Positions 10,548-20,800 of a DNA stretch of 64,000 bases are shown piece by piece (position 1 is the first letter of the stretch; each line of letters begins with the position of its first letter). Made by a program: the position numbers and the translations under genes. The notes below the pieces were generated by a model that saw only the letters and a list, made by a program, of their open reading frames with translations, did not search any database and was not told the DNA's origin. Source of the stretch: Nitrospirales bacterium (GTDB lineage Bacteria > Nitrospirota > Nitrospiria > Nitrospirales > UBA8639); assembly GCA_963555755.3 (NCBI GenBank), contig OY820905.2, forward strand, positions 2,400,001 through 2,464,000. The letters are read 5' to 3'.

Positions 10548-10775
10548 TTAACGCGAAGAGTTATCCCAACGTTGGGCTGTTCGGTAGGCGTTTCGAATGC
10601 CAGTGACGAGCCCTAAGATTAAACCCAGAACTAATCCCCAAGGTGTTGAGGAAAGTAGATAGGTATCAACAACCCAACCCAGACCACCGCCAACGATCAG
10701 AGCGGCTATGAGGTCTGTTCCCACCCTCATAGCCTGTCCCAAACCTGCAAACATGGGGTCTTGAGACGAAGGCAT
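10548..10775 (-). CDS. AtpZ/AtpI family protein
   Basis: Two TM helices, GWVVD..TPWG; first gene of the atp cluster. Confidence 0.8.
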   Translation of the reverse strand: MPSSQDPMFAGLGQAMRVGTDLIAALIVGGGLGWVVDTYLLSSTPWGLVLGLILGLVTGIRNAYRTAQRWDNSSR

Positions 10776-10939
10776 AAGACTACCCCACCAAATCGGGCGC
10801 GCTATTCAAACAAATACCTTTTATGATGTCAAGCAACTATTTGCCTGTTTCGCCTTTGCCATAAAAGTCTCCTTGAACGAAAGAAAGGCTTTCCTAATCA
10901 AGGGCATTCCCGCTATGATAATCCATTGGGAGGTCAGTC

Positions 10940-11536
10940 ATGCGCCACGTGAGCCTGTTTCTTCTCATTTTGTGGATCCTACCGATCCCGTTGGCCATCA
11001 GCGACAACGGGGAAGACCTCCAAGATCTCTCTGGGCAAGTGGTCCCTCTGGTTTCTTCAGGCCAAGCTAATTCTTTCATGGACGGGGGAGAACTGTTTTC
11101 ACAAGGAAGCTTGACGTCCCGTAGTGATATTCAATACACGGTACGAGTCAAAAACCAAACCGGTGACCCGGTCATCGGATCGTCACTCATTATCGTGATC
11201 GAACAGATTATGGATGTTGCCAGGACCCGAGATGTTGCCTCACGGCTCGAAATTCTAAACCCCGATGGCCAAACCGATGAAGGAAAACCGTTTTTCCATC
11301 TTCCAAAAGGATCCACCGAAGACCTGGCTCCCTTTGGCATCAGCGATCCCATTCACGTTCGCATTCGAAACCCTGACCTGCTCCGTCTCGCGCCCCCAAC
11401 TTTTAGCATCTATGGCATTCGCCGCACGGAATCAAAACAACTTGATGATCTCCGAGAGGCCCTCATCCAAAAGGGAATTCTTTCGCCAGATGAGGCCACG
11501 GAGCTTCTTGGCGCTCCTTCATCCGATAACCCCTGA
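10940..11536 (+). CDS. Hypothetical exported protein
   Basis: GGGAGG RBS, signal-peptide-like N terminus. Confidence 0.7.
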   Translation: MRHVSLFLLILWILPIPLAISDNGEDLQDLSGQVVPLVSSGQANSFMDGGELFSQGSLTSRSDIQYTVRVKNQTGDPVIGSSLIIVIEQIMDVARTRDVASRLEILNPDGQTDEGKPFFHLPKGSTEDLAPFGISDPIHVRIRNPDLLRLAPPTFSIYGIRRTESKQLDDLREALIQKGILSPDEATELLGAPSSDNP

Positions 11537-11548
11537 TCCACGATAACC

Positions 11549-13036
11549 ATGGGGCACCCATTTCTTCTTCCCTCAACTTCGTCGGTTGACGAAACCAGCC
11601 TGTTTCCCCTCGTCCATTCACAGCCACTTTTGGGACAACACCCCTTCGAACTGTATCGGCGTATTGCCTCACCCACGGGACCGTCCTTCCTCCTTGAAAG
11701 CGGAAAAGGCCGAACCGACTTGGCCCGCTACTCGTTTTTAGCCAGTGATCCGTATCTGGTCTTCTCTGGTACACGCAACACCTACGAGACTCGTGCCCAA
11801 GACACCGTGACTCGAGAGTCGGGCGATCCACTCCAGGCCTTGTTCCAATTATTCAACGCCTCGAAGCTTCCTCGATCAGCAACACTTCCCCCGTTTATTG
11901 GCGGAGCCGTGGGGTTTTTCAGTTATGACTGCGTTCGGCAATTCGAGCGTCTGCCGTCTATCGCGACGAATGACTTGTACCTTCCCGACATGGAATTTCT
12001 CTTCGTTGATCTCCTCGTCGCCATTGACCATGCAACCGACACCCGCCATCTCATTTTCACCCCACCCCCAGAACGATTGCAGTCGGAATCTCATGATGCA
12101 CTACTCCGAGAAGGGAACGCGCGTCTCGCTGAGCTAGAAAACCAGATCAACTCTCCGAGGACAACCAGCCATCGGCTCACTCCCAGAGCCGCTCCTCGCG
12201 CGATTGAAGCCAATCAAACGCGCGCCGACTATATCCAGCGAGTCCAACACTGTCAGTCGTTGATTGCCTCCGGAGATATTTATCAGGCAAACTTATCTCA
12301 TCGTTTTTCAATTGAACTAGACCAGAGCACCGGGCAATCAACACATGAAGCTGGCCAGGTCCTCTATGGCCGACTGCGACACGTGAACCCTTCTCCATTT
12401 TCCGCGCTATTGGCCACCGACCGATTCACGTTGGTGTCTTCCTCGCCCGAGCGACTCATTCAACTTCGAGGCAATCGCGCGTCCACTCGACCCATTGCCG
12501 GCACTCGTCCCCGAGGACGCACGGTTCCAGAAGATCAACAATTCACAGCGGACTTGCTCAGGAACAAAAAAGAGCGGGCGGAACATCTCATGCTGGTTGA
12601 TCTGGCAAGAAACGATTTAGGCCGAGTGTGCGAATACGGATCGGTCCGAGTGGAAGAATTCATGACCGTCGAACACTACTCCCACGTTGCGCACTTAGTG
12701 TCAGACGTCTGTGGAAACCTTCGCCCCTCATGTAGCACACAAGACCTCATGAAAGCCGTATTCCCCGGCGGCACCATCACTGGTGTGCCCAAGATCCGGT
12801 GCATGGAAATTATCGAGGCGCTGGAACCTGTGCGTCGAGGACCTTACACCGGATCGATTGGCTATCTCAGTTGGACAGGCGATATCGATCTCAACATCAT
12901 CATTCGCACGCTGCTTCTCTCTCAAGATCGCGCGTACCTGCAGGTGGGGGCCGGGATCGTCGCCGACTCCCAACCTCAACGCGAGTACGAAGAAACCTTG
13001 CAGAAAGCACAAGCTCTCTTTCAGGCCTTACAGTAA
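11549..13036 (+). CDS. pabB: Chorismate-binding enzyme component I (aminodeoxychorismate synthase / TrpE-like)
   Basis: FLLES, PIAGTRPRG, KERAEHLMLVDLARND, FPGGTITGVPK; adjacent class IV aminotransferase. Confidence 0.75.
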   Translation: MGHPFLLPSTSSVDETSLFPLVHSQPLLGQHPFELYRRIASPTGPSFLLESGKGRTDLARYSFLASDPYLVFSGTRNTYETRAQDTVTRESGDPLQALFQLFNASKLPRSATLPPFIGGAVGFFSYDCVRQFERLPSIATNDLYLPDMEFLFVDLLVAIDHATDTRHLIFTPPPERLQSESHDALLREGNARLAELENQINSPRTTSHRLTPRAAPRAIEANQTRADYIQRVQHCQSLIASGDIYQANLSHRFSIELDQSTGQSTHEAGQVLYGRLRHVNPSPFSALLATDRFTLVSSSPERLIQLRGNRASTRPIAGTRPRGRTVPEDQQFTADLLRNKKERAEHLMLVDLARNDLGRVCEYGSVRVEEFMTVEHYSHVAHLVSDVCGNLRPSCSTQDLMKAVFPGGTITGVPKIRCMEIIEALEPVRRGPYTGSIGYLSWTGDIDLNIIIRTLLLSQDRAYLQVGAGIVADSQPQREYEETLQKAQALFQALQ

Positions 13037-13068
13037 AAGGTGCTGAAACCTGCGCTGCGGAAGGAAAG

Positions 13069-13143
13069 ACGTGATGCGGAAGGCGTGAGGCGTTCGGAGA
13101 AAGAAGTTCCCACGCCTTACGCATCACGAATCACACTTCACGC
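13069..13143. repeat. Degenerate heptamer tandem repeats in inverted blocks
   Basis: gtgatgc/gtgaggc block followed by cacgcct/tacgcat/cacgaat block. Confidence 0.6.
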
Positions 13144-13216
13144 TTGCGCGGCGGAACGCTCCAGCGCGCAGGCACGAGATATGAACGACACACAACCGAT
13201 GATAGCTTAATAAAAC

Positions 13217-14074
13217 ATGTGGGTCTACCTAAATGAGCGGTTCGTTGAAGACCATCAAGCTCGCATCTCGGTGTTTGATCGTGGCTTTCTTTTTGGGGAT
13301 GGGATCTTCGAAACGCTTCGAGTCCATAACACATACCCACTGTTTCTGGATCGTCATCTCCAGCGATTGCGACAATCGTGCGAATCGATTAGGCTTTCCC
13401 TTCCCACTCCCGAACCGCCTTGGGAGGCGCTTCTTCGAGAACTTGTTGATCGCAATCACCTGGAACACACGATGATTCGCATCACGATCACAAGAGGGGT
13501 AGGTAGCCTCGGTCCCGATCCTTCCGAATGCTCGAACCCAACAATCGTCATATTCTCCAGGCCACTTCCTCAGTTGACGAAAGACCAACGTGACCAAGGA
13601 GTGAGCCTCACCATTCTCACCACGCGGCGACAACCGTCCTGCGCCCTTCCATCGCACGTGAAGTCGCTCAATTACCTGAATAATATTCTGGCCAAACAAG
13701 AAGCGAATGAGGCTCACACGTTCGATGGCCTTCTGTTGAACACCGACGGACATCTCACCGAGTGCACGACCAGTAATATGTTCTTTGTCAAAAACCAGCG
13801 TCTTCACACCCCATCGCTCCAATGCGGAATTCTTCCGGGAATCACGAGAGGAATTGTTCTGGAATTGGCACGGGAGGGGGGGATAGGTGCCCAAGAAGGC
13901 ACCTACCTACCTGAAGATTTGCTGGATGCGGACGAATGTTTTTTGACGAATACTGGATTTGGAGTATTGCCTGTCGGCACGATCGTGTCCAGACAGTTGG
14001 AATCAAACAGATCAGGGTCCATGACCAAAACAATTCAGCACATGTACGAGAAACATATCGCTGATTCGCTTTGA
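13217..14074 (+). CDS. Class IV PLP aminotransferase / aminodeoxychorismate lyase-like
   Basis: DRGFLFGDGIFETLR, KSLNY, ILPGITR. Confidence 0.88.
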   Translation: MWVYLNERFVEDHQARISVFDRGFLFGDGIFETLRVHNTYPLFLDRHLQRLRQSCESIRLSLPTPEPPWEALLRELVDRNHLEHTMIRITITRGVGSLGPDPSECSNPTIVIFSRPLPQLTKDQRDQGVSLTILTTRRQPSCALPSHVKSLNYLNNILAKQEANEAHTFDGLLLNTDGHLTECTTSNMFFVKNQRLHTPSLQCGILPGITRGIVLELAREGGIGAQEGTYLPEDLLDADECFLTNTGFGVLPVGTIVSRQLESNRSGSMTKTIQHMYEKHIADSL

Positions 14075-14086
14075 ATGAATTATTTT

Positions 14087-14280
14087 ATGCGGGGTTTCGC
14101 CCCCACCGACGAGGTCCTTTTGTTTCGGCAAAAGGACCCAAAACCATTTCCGCCCGTGCGCGGCCCTGCGGGTTCCTCCGCCTCCGCCCCGAATAAGATG
14201 GCGAGGGACCTCGCTCCGCTCAAACAGCCCTCGCCGAAAAGCCGATTCGGGGCTGCGGCTCCGCCGCACCCGAAGGCGGG
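14087..14280 (+). repeat. Repeat family B copy 2 (intact; empty IS110-2 target cccgaAGgcggg at 14269-14280)
   Basis: High similarity to 14936-15127 plus 16627-16631. Confidence 0.85.
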
Positions 14281-14359
14281 TTGAAGATCATCATTAGATA
14301 CGAGTTTTCATCAGATTTTTCATCTTGACAGTTCCTATCGTGATCGACACAGTCATTTC

Positions 14360-14887
14360 ATGCCTAGGAAAGCCCAACAATCCTTAATTCCCATTGAACG
14401 TATCGCCAGTTCTATTTACCTGATCCATGGCGAAAAAGTGATGCTTGATCGTGACCTGGCTGCATTATATGGGGTTGAAACCAGAGTGTTGAACCAAGCT
14501 GTTTCTCGTAATCTGGAACGGTTTCCGAATGATTTCATGTTTCAATTAACAGCTGAAGAGGATAAATCTTTAAGATCACAAATTGTGATCTTAAAAGGTG
14601 GACGAGGACAACATCCGAAATACCTGCCAAGAGTGTTTACCGAATCAGGTGTGGCTATGCTCTCAACGGTGCTGAAAAGCAAACAAGCCATTCAAATCAA
14701 CATTGCCATCATGCGCACCTTTGTCCGTATGAGAGAAATGCTAGCGACAAATAAAGATTTAGCCCGAAAGGTGGAAAAACACGATAAAGAAATCGCCGTC
14801 CTATATGACTATCTCAAAAAACTCTTAGACCCTCCTAAATCCTCAAAGCGCCAGATCGGCTATACTCGCCGTCAGGAACGAGACTAG
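14360..14887 (+). CDS. ORF6N-domain DNA-binding protein
   Basis: VMLDRDLAALYGVETRVLNQAVSRNLERFPNDFMFQLT, FTESGVAMLS. Confidence 0.9.
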   Translation: MPRKAQQSLIPIERIASSIYLIHGEKVMLDRDLAALYGVETRVLNQAVSRNLERFPNDFMFQLTAEEDKSLRSQIVILKGGRGQHPKYLPRVFTESGVAMLSTVLKSKQAIQINIAIMRTFVRMREMLATNKDLARKVEKHDKEIAVLYDYLKKLLDPPKSSKRQIGYTRRQERD

Positions 14888-15158
14888 CTTTCTCCATATA
14901 ATGTAAAAAATGGCGATTTCGTTTTTTATTCTTTAATGCGGGGTGTCGTCCCCGCGCGACGAGGTCCTTTTGTTTCGGCAAAAGGACCCAAAACCATTTC
15001 CGCCCGTGCGCGGCCCTACGGGTGAACTCCGCCCCGGCACCGAATTACATGGCTGCGAAACTCGCTCCGCTCAAACAGTGCTCGCCAAAAAGTCGAATTC
15101 GGTACCGCAGCTCCACCGCGCCCGAAGACTTCCTATGGTGTTGTCAAGCCCCCCAATT

Positions 15159-16384
15159 CTATGCATTGGCGCGAAGGTGCTGCCTCGCCATGTTGGCTAA
15201 ATGATATTGTTCATCATACGGGACCTGATGCTGCCACATGCGAAAAATAATCTTGAGCCATTTCGCCCCCAAGGCCCGCATCGCCTGATTATGCCGATGC
15301 CCACGAGCCCGACATTGCTGATAGTAACTCTTGGCCCACTCACTCTGAGTCAGCGACTGAAAGGCCACCCACCACATGGCTTGCCGCAGGGGCTTGTTAC
15401 ACGCCACGCGGTATCGCACCACACAACTTTTCCCACTCTGCCGCGTGACGGGTACCGTCCCCGCCTCGGCCTGCAGCTGGGCCCACGAAGTCCAGCGGCT
15501 CGGGGCATCGCCCAGTTCGGCCCACACCCGCGGAATGATGGTGCCGCTTTTCCCTCCCGGCAAGCTCTGCATCCACCTAGCCGCCGGGAGGGTCGCGAAA
15601 AAACGTTCGATCTCCGCATGATACTCTTTCACCACGCGGTGCGTGAGCACGAGCTGGGCCACTAGGGCCTCCATCAGTCGGGCCTTACTCCGCACAACAT
15701 GCGCAGGCACGAGCATTTGCGGGGCCTTCAGCTGTTCCCACCCCGCCGCCGTGCGGGCTGGCCCTAGCCGATGGGCCCGTGCAAAGCGCTGCCACTTGCT
15801 TTTCTTCAGTGTGGTCACAGCTGCGGGGGTGGAATAGGTTTGCAGAAAATCCACTGCCATCTGCGTCGTCAGATCCGGAAACAGTTCCAACACCCGCGGA
15901 TAGTAATCTTGTAAGGTGCTCGTCAGCTGATTCAGGATGCGGGTCTGCTGGTGCTGCAACCGCCGATGATCCTGAGTCAACAGTTTTAACTCTTGTGCAG
16001 CGGCCGAACTAGGCTGCAGCGCCCGGAGATGCGGATGATCGGTCCGCACCACCTCCGCCAGCACGCGCCCATCAAAGCGATCACTTTTTGAGGAACTCAT
16101 GCGGAAACGATCTCGGGCCCGATCCAGCGCTTTCGGATTCACCGGATACACCACCACCCCATGATCCAACAAAAACTCCACGACACGCCCGGTGGGTCGC
16201 TCAATGGCTGCCCACACCTCCACCCCAGCTGCGCGCCAGGTATCCACGCGCCAGCCCCACTCCCGTAAGCCCTTCGGCGTGTGAGCCACTAGGTCCTCCC
16301 ACACGATGGTGCCGGGGTCTCATCTTGCACACAAACCCCATGCTGCTCGTTGCCCCAATCGACCCCCAGGTAATATCGTGGCAT
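15159..16384 (-). pseudogene. IS110 recombinase with a frameshift near 16314-16317
   Basis: ATG 16384 after AAGGAGAGG gives MPRYYLGVDWG..; continues in another frame as GTIVWEDLV..AIERPTG..KSDRFDG..RQSGK; span 1226 nt is not a multiple of 3. Confidence 0.85.
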
Positions 16385-16399
16385 CAGCCTCTCCTTTCT

Positions 16400-16610
16400 T
16401 ACCCCACTCCCCACCGCGCGAACGACTCGTTTGCCTTATATCGGTCCTCCGGGGGACAACTTCCTATCGAACGTCTCACGCCGTTCCTTGCCGGAGCGGG
16501 ACAGTCTTCGGGTGAGCCTCCTCAGGGCTCAGGCGGGGATGGTCCTCGACCCAGCAAGCGCCAGGGATGCGGCACAATGAACGAAAAGAAAACTCCTACC
16601 ACACAAACCC
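16400..16610 (-). ncRNA. Putative bridge RNA of IS110 element 2 (ends approximate)
   Basis: Minus-strand guides TCCCCGCCT (16539-16531), CCCGAAG (16512-16506), ATAGGAAGT (16467-16459), ATATAAG (16441-16435). Confidence 0.82.
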
Positions 16611-16752
16611 CAGAGCATTATATAAGGCGGGAAGACAGTCAAGAAACAATCCAATTTTTCAAACTGGGGATGAGGAGGGCCACCCCTACTAGCACTCAAT
16701 ACTTATGCCTGACCCCACTTCCATCATTACTCAAACGCCCCGAACGAGAGGA

Positions 16753-17979
16753 TTACTGAATCTTGGCTGAAAGATGGGAAGGTGGATAATTGGATACAAC
16801 TTCAGTGTGTGGTCCAACTATATTCGTCACAACATATTGGGCGATCCTTTGATGAGCCTGGGCTGAAGGATGCCAATCATCGACAAAATGATAGGTTTCC
16901 CAATTTTCCCAATAATCGGGGATAATATCTTGGACAAAATGGACGTTAAAGTTTTTCTCCCTTAGGCCCCCCTCTATTCCCTCACTGATTGAACTATTAG
17001 GTTTATCCCAGAAAATGACGTGAAACTCCGCTTCTGGATATCTCTCCTGTAATAACGTTTTGGAGCGCTCCACTATATTTAGAAACAGTTTAATCTCCCT
17101 GTGGGTAACTTGATGAAACCAGATGCTGTTTAACAATAATGATTTTTTTAAATTCTGTTTGACTGGTTTCCATAAGCAATATTCGTGTGTCGGATTACAC
17201 TCCTGTGGATTTTCCGTATAAAGAGTCTCTCCCGTTTTGCTTAACCTATAATGGGGCCCTCCGCCACGATTCAGATGTGAAACCCGTTTAATATGATCGA
17301 TGATGCCCTGATAAATGATATAACGTGGCCTCACCTCAACGATAGAATTCACCAACCCATGTTCAATGGCCGCTAGCATTTGGTGAGGGCCATATCCGCC
17401 CATTCCAAAATTGTAGATTTTAAACCGTCCCTTCGTGAGAGTCCCGAAAACATAGGGCATAGTCTGGTCATTATTGACCCCTTCTCCAAACGTAAATGAA
17501 CCCCCAAAGAAAAGAGCAGATTCCCCCGTTGAGTTAGGAGGTGGGATAAATGTAGGGGCAATACGTTGTCCGTTTCTATCAATCGTAATGGAAGCCTCGT
17601 AAATAAGTGAGTTGTCGCGCGTTCGAAATTTTCTTCCGGTTCGTTGACTATTAGGGATTTCCCTCCAGCCGAATATCGGGTGGCCCTCATAGTTAAAAAC
17701 ATTCTCCCACCGGTACTTGTTTTTCTTGTCAGAATTGTCGTGCTGAAAAACTAGATATGATTCTGCTATTGCAAAAAAGAACATAAAGATCGCGAAATTG
17801 AACGATGCCAATTTTATGAGGGTCCGAGGACTGGAAATTGCCAAAATGAAAAAGGCTATGCTCCATAGCCCAAAAAACCAAATGTGGGGTGCGGGTAAAT
17901 ACTCCAACGAGAGGATGGAGAAAAGCATAAAAATGGCAGAACCAATTATTATGCGTAGGTTCATAATTGTCTTCACCAA
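16753..17979 (-). CDS. Membrane-anchored SGNH/GDSL hydrolase-like protein
   Basis: N-terminal TMs, FFGGSFTFGEGV, NFGMGGYG, DDWHPS; lower GC. Confidence 0.75.
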   Translation of the reverse strand: MVKTIMNLRIIIGSAIFMLFSILSLEYLPAPHIWFFGLWSIAFFILAISSPRTLIKLASFNFAIFMFFFAIAESYLVFQHDNSDKKNKYRWENVFNYEGHPIFGWREIPNSQRTGRKFRTRDNSLIYEASITIDRNGQRIAPTFIPPPNSTGESALFFGGSFTFGEGVNNDQTMPYVFGTLTKGRFKIYNFGMGGYGPHQMLAAIEHGLVNSIVEVRPRYIIYQGIIDHIKRVSHLNRGGGPHYRLSKTGETLYTENPQECNPTHEYCLWKPVKQNLKKSLLLNSIWFHQVTHREIKLFLNIVERSKTLLQERYPEAEFHVIFWDKPNSSISEGIEGGLREKNFNVHFVQDIIPDYWENWETYHFVDDWHPSAQAHQRIAQYVVTNIVGPHTEVVSNYPPSHLSAKIQ

Positions 17980-18558
17980 GGAATGGTTAAGGGCACGCTC
18001 AACGGGTTTTCTTTATGACACATGGTTTCCAACCTGATTCAATTATGGCTAACCCCAATTGTTTTTATTAGTCCCGAAAGGACGAAAATTGAACGTGAAC
18101 TCGAAAAGCACAAGCGGATTTAGAGGTAATACAGCCTCAAGAATCTTTCAGAAATACAAAGTCAGAGATCGCGTCTACAATCTTATGGAATCTCAGCTTC
18201 TGATTTAGAAAGTTCGACCGGATGAAACCACCACCCCAGCCCCCATGACGGCGGTTTTCCCCAGGAGGCCTTCCGTTTTAAGAACCTTATCGGCCAATTT
18301 TCCTGCCAACCTGAAATAACAATGGCATGGCTCTCTTAGTGTTAGTACCTTGTCCCCAGTTGATTTGTCAGTGTCACCACAAGCCATCTGAGCCAAGGGG
18401 CACCTCCGTCTGTTCTATTCTTTTTCTCATCCACGTCTGGCTCGAGCAAAGAAGGCATTAGGTCCCAACCTGATAATCATCTAGAAGACTCCTCGCCTGG
18501 GCGGTACAGTTGAAAGATGTGTCAAGGATCTCTCAACCTTTCAACTCAAGGAGGAGCC

Positions 18559-18665
18559 ATGAACAATTTGGGGGGCATTGTCCTCCATGCCCACAACAAT
18601 ATGATTGTGCTTTTGAACGAACAGGATCAGGGCGTGTTCGAAAAGCGAATCCCGATTGACCTGGG
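18559..18665 (+). pseudogene. N-terminal relic of a fourth IS110-family recombinase
   Basis: AAGGAGGAG RBS; MNNLGGIVLHAHNNMIVLLNEQDQGVFEKRIPIDL resembles the GIDLH..VVLLDE..EKRLPNDL start of IS110 enzymes. Confidence 0.55.
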
Positions 18666-18692
18666 TATGGGGTCGTCCCAGGATTGGTCTTT

Positions 18693-18914
18693 CACTGCGT
18701 TGGGTGCGGCGGAGGTGGAGGCCCGAATCGACTTATTTGGCGAAGGTTGTTTGAGCGTAGCGAGTTCCTGAGCCAGCTTATTCGGGACGGAGGCGGAGGG
18801 ACCCTGGAGAACCTGCTTCTGAGCGGGGTCGGAGGGGCCGCGCACGGGCAAAAATGGTTTTGGTTCCTTTTGCCGAAACAAAAGGGACTCGTCTGCAGGG
18901 GCGAAACCCTGCAT
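18693..18914 (-). repeat. Repeat family B copy 4 (reverse)
   Basis: Reverse-complement match to 14087-14280. Confidence 0.8.
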
Positions 18915-18948
18915 AAAAACTTTTCAACCATGCCAAGACAACCTATTG

Positions 18949-19018
18949 GTCATTTCGAGTGAAGAGAGAAATCTTGAACGTTGCCGAACTACAGATTTCT
19001 CCCAAGGGTCGAATTGAC
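18949..19018. repeat. REP-like doublet hairpin (family R)
   Basis: gtcatttcgag..gagaaatct / agatttctcccaagggtcgaattgac; same units at 21751, 21814 and 23271. Confidence 0.75.
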
Positions 19019-19099
19019 AGAAAGAAAACTCAGCTTAGAAATAGGTGAGGGAAAATTGGGATGAATAAATGGCAAGGAGAAATGGTAGATCTTTGTCCC

Positions 19100-20722
19100 T
19101 TAGACAATTTTTAATTTTGGAGTGGGGGTCGGGCGCTCGGATTCTGGGCACTGAATCTGACTGTGAATCTTCCAAGCCGAACCTTCGCAGCCAGGAAAAT
19201 CTGATCGATAATGAGCCCCAAGACTATTTTCTCGCCACAGCGCAGCTTCGATGATACACCTGGCCACTTGCATCATATTTTTCACCTCTAAATCAGCCCG
19301 AGTCTGTAGGGAACCTAGCACTTGTGGTTCCCAAGCAGTGATCTTGGCCAGAGCCCGACCCAATGAATCGCCCGTCCGGACGAGTCCAACCTGATCCCAC
19401 ATCAACCGTCGCAAGGAATTCCGAAGTTTTTCCGCATCGTCAAGTGTTCGCTTCGGCTCGACGGCTAGGCTCGAGAGAACACTCTGCCTGTCTTTAGCAC
19501 TAACAGTCGAGGAACATGTGGTCGCGGAATGCGCAGCTCGGACGCCAAATACCAGCCCCTCCAGCAACGAATTGCTGGCCAATCGATTCGCCCCATGGAC
19601 CCCATTACATGCGGCTTCCCCAGCTGCTAACAAGCCGGGGATGATCGTCTCCCCATCGATGCCCGCTTTGATCCCGCCCATAAAATAATGAGCACTCGGG
19701 GACACGGGGATCCATTCCTCCGTGATATCAATGTCAAAACGCAAACAGGTCTGATAAATCGTGGGAAAGCGTTTCTTGATAAATGAATGTCCTAAATGCG
19801 TGACATCCAAATAGACATGCCGAACGCGCGATGCAGCCATTTCTGACCAAATGGCCCGGGCCACGATATCCCTAGGCGCGAGCTCTGCCGCCGGGTGGTA
19901 CCCGACCATGAACAACTCGCCTTTTCGATTTCTGAGCAACCCGCCTTCGCCTCTCATGGTTTCCGAAAGGAGAAACGGTGGACTGGATTGAAGATATAAC
20001 GAGGTGGGATGAAATTGGACAAACTCCATATCCTCTAGAATGGCTCCGGCTCGGTACGCCATGGCAAAACCATCTCCCGTCGCATTCGGCGAATTCGTTG
20101 TTCTGGCGAATGCCTGCCCGGCTCCACCGGTCGTCAAAATCACCGCCCTCGCAGACAAAACCTGTAGGCTCCCGGTGGTCTCATTGACCACAATCGCTCC
20201 GCAGCATCGGCCATCAACCATCAGCAGGTCCATGGTGAAATGATGATCGAACCATCGTATGGAGTCCTGCTTCTTCGCGCGTGCCAGCAACACACGAATC
20301 ATCTCATGTCCCGTAGCGTCGCCCTGGGCTCGTAAGACTCGATTGCGGCTATGAGCGCCTTCTTTGGCAAACGCAAACTTGCCATCGACTTTATCGAATT
20401 GAGTGCCCCAGGCGATGAGCTCTTGAATCCGGGAAGGACCTTCTTCTACGAGCACGCGAGCCGCGTCTTCACGACCGAGTTGATGGCCGGCTTTGATTGT
20501 GTCGGAGAAATGCAGATTCACATCATCTTCATCACTCAGCGCGACCGCGACACCACCCTGCGCATACGCGGAATTACTTTGTCGCCGGCTTCCTTTCGTA
20601 ATGATCAGCACGCGTCCGTGCCTGCTAAGTTCAATCGCCGCTCGCAGCCCTGCGACACCGCTTCCAATCACGAGAAAGTCCGCTTCCGGGCCCCAATGAT
20701 ATGTCGTTTTAGTTGGTTTCAT
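19100..20722 (-). CDS. nadB: L-aspartate oxidase
   Basis: VIGSGVAG, AQGG, EGAHS, QFHPT, HYFMGG, HGANRLASNSLLE. Confidence 0.93.
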   Translation of the reverse strand: MKPTKTTYHWGPEADFLVIGSGVAGLRAAIELSRHGRVLIITKGSRRQSNSAYAQGGVAVALSDEDDVNLHFSDTIKAGHQLGREDAARVLVEEGPSRIQELIAWGTQFDKVDGKFAFAKEGAHSRNRVLRAQGDATGHEMIRVLLARAKKQDSIRWFDHHFTMDLLMVDGRCCGAIVVNETTGSLQVLSARAVILTTGGAGQAFARTTNSPNATGDGFAMAYRAGAILEDMEFVQFHPTSLYLQSSPPFLLSETMRGEGGLLRNRKGELFMVGYHPAAELAPRDIVARAIWSEMAASRVRHVYLDVTHLGHSFIKKRFPTIYQTCLRFDIDITEEWIPVSPSAHYFMGGIKAGIDGETIIPGLLAAGEAACNGVHGANRLASNSLLEGLVFGVRAAHSATTCSSTVSAKDRQSVLSSLAVEPKRTLDDAEKLRNSLRRLMWDQVGLVRTGDSLGRALAKITAWEPQVLGSLQTRADLEVKNMMQVARCIIEAALWRENSLGAHYRSDFPGCEGSAWKIHSQIQCPESERPTPTPKLKIV

Positions 20723-20734
20723 GACTTTTGAAGA

Positions 20735-20793
20735 TCGTGATGCGTAATGAGTAATGCGCAAAGATAATTCACGCATCACGCTTTACGAATCAC
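20735..20793. repeat. Heptamer tandem/inverted repeat tract
   Basis: gtgatgc/gtaatga/gtaatgc followed by tcacgca/tcacgct/ttacgaa. Confidence 0.6.
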
Positions 20794-20800
20794 GGTCTGC

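Larger units (their letters stand above)
15126..16626 (-). mobile_element. IS110-group element 2, CT core on the minus strand
   Basis: AG at 15126-15127 and 16625-16626; circle junction gives TTGACA-N18-TATAAT. Confidence 0.9.
14936..16631 (+). repeat. Repeat family B copy 3, interrupted near its 3' end by IS110 element 2
   Basis: Removing the IS restores cccgaaggcggg as in copy 2. Confidence 0.85.

Noticed and set aside
8813..10775. F0 genes without F1 genes as a novelty
   Set aside because: Split atp operons are common; F1 genes are presumably elsewhere.
14360..14887. Prophage
   Set aside because: Isolated ORF6N gene with no integrase or structural genes.
20723..20779. N-terminal extensions of nadB and of the 20801 lipoprotein in the ORF track
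   Set aside because: They are encoded by heptamer repeat tracts.
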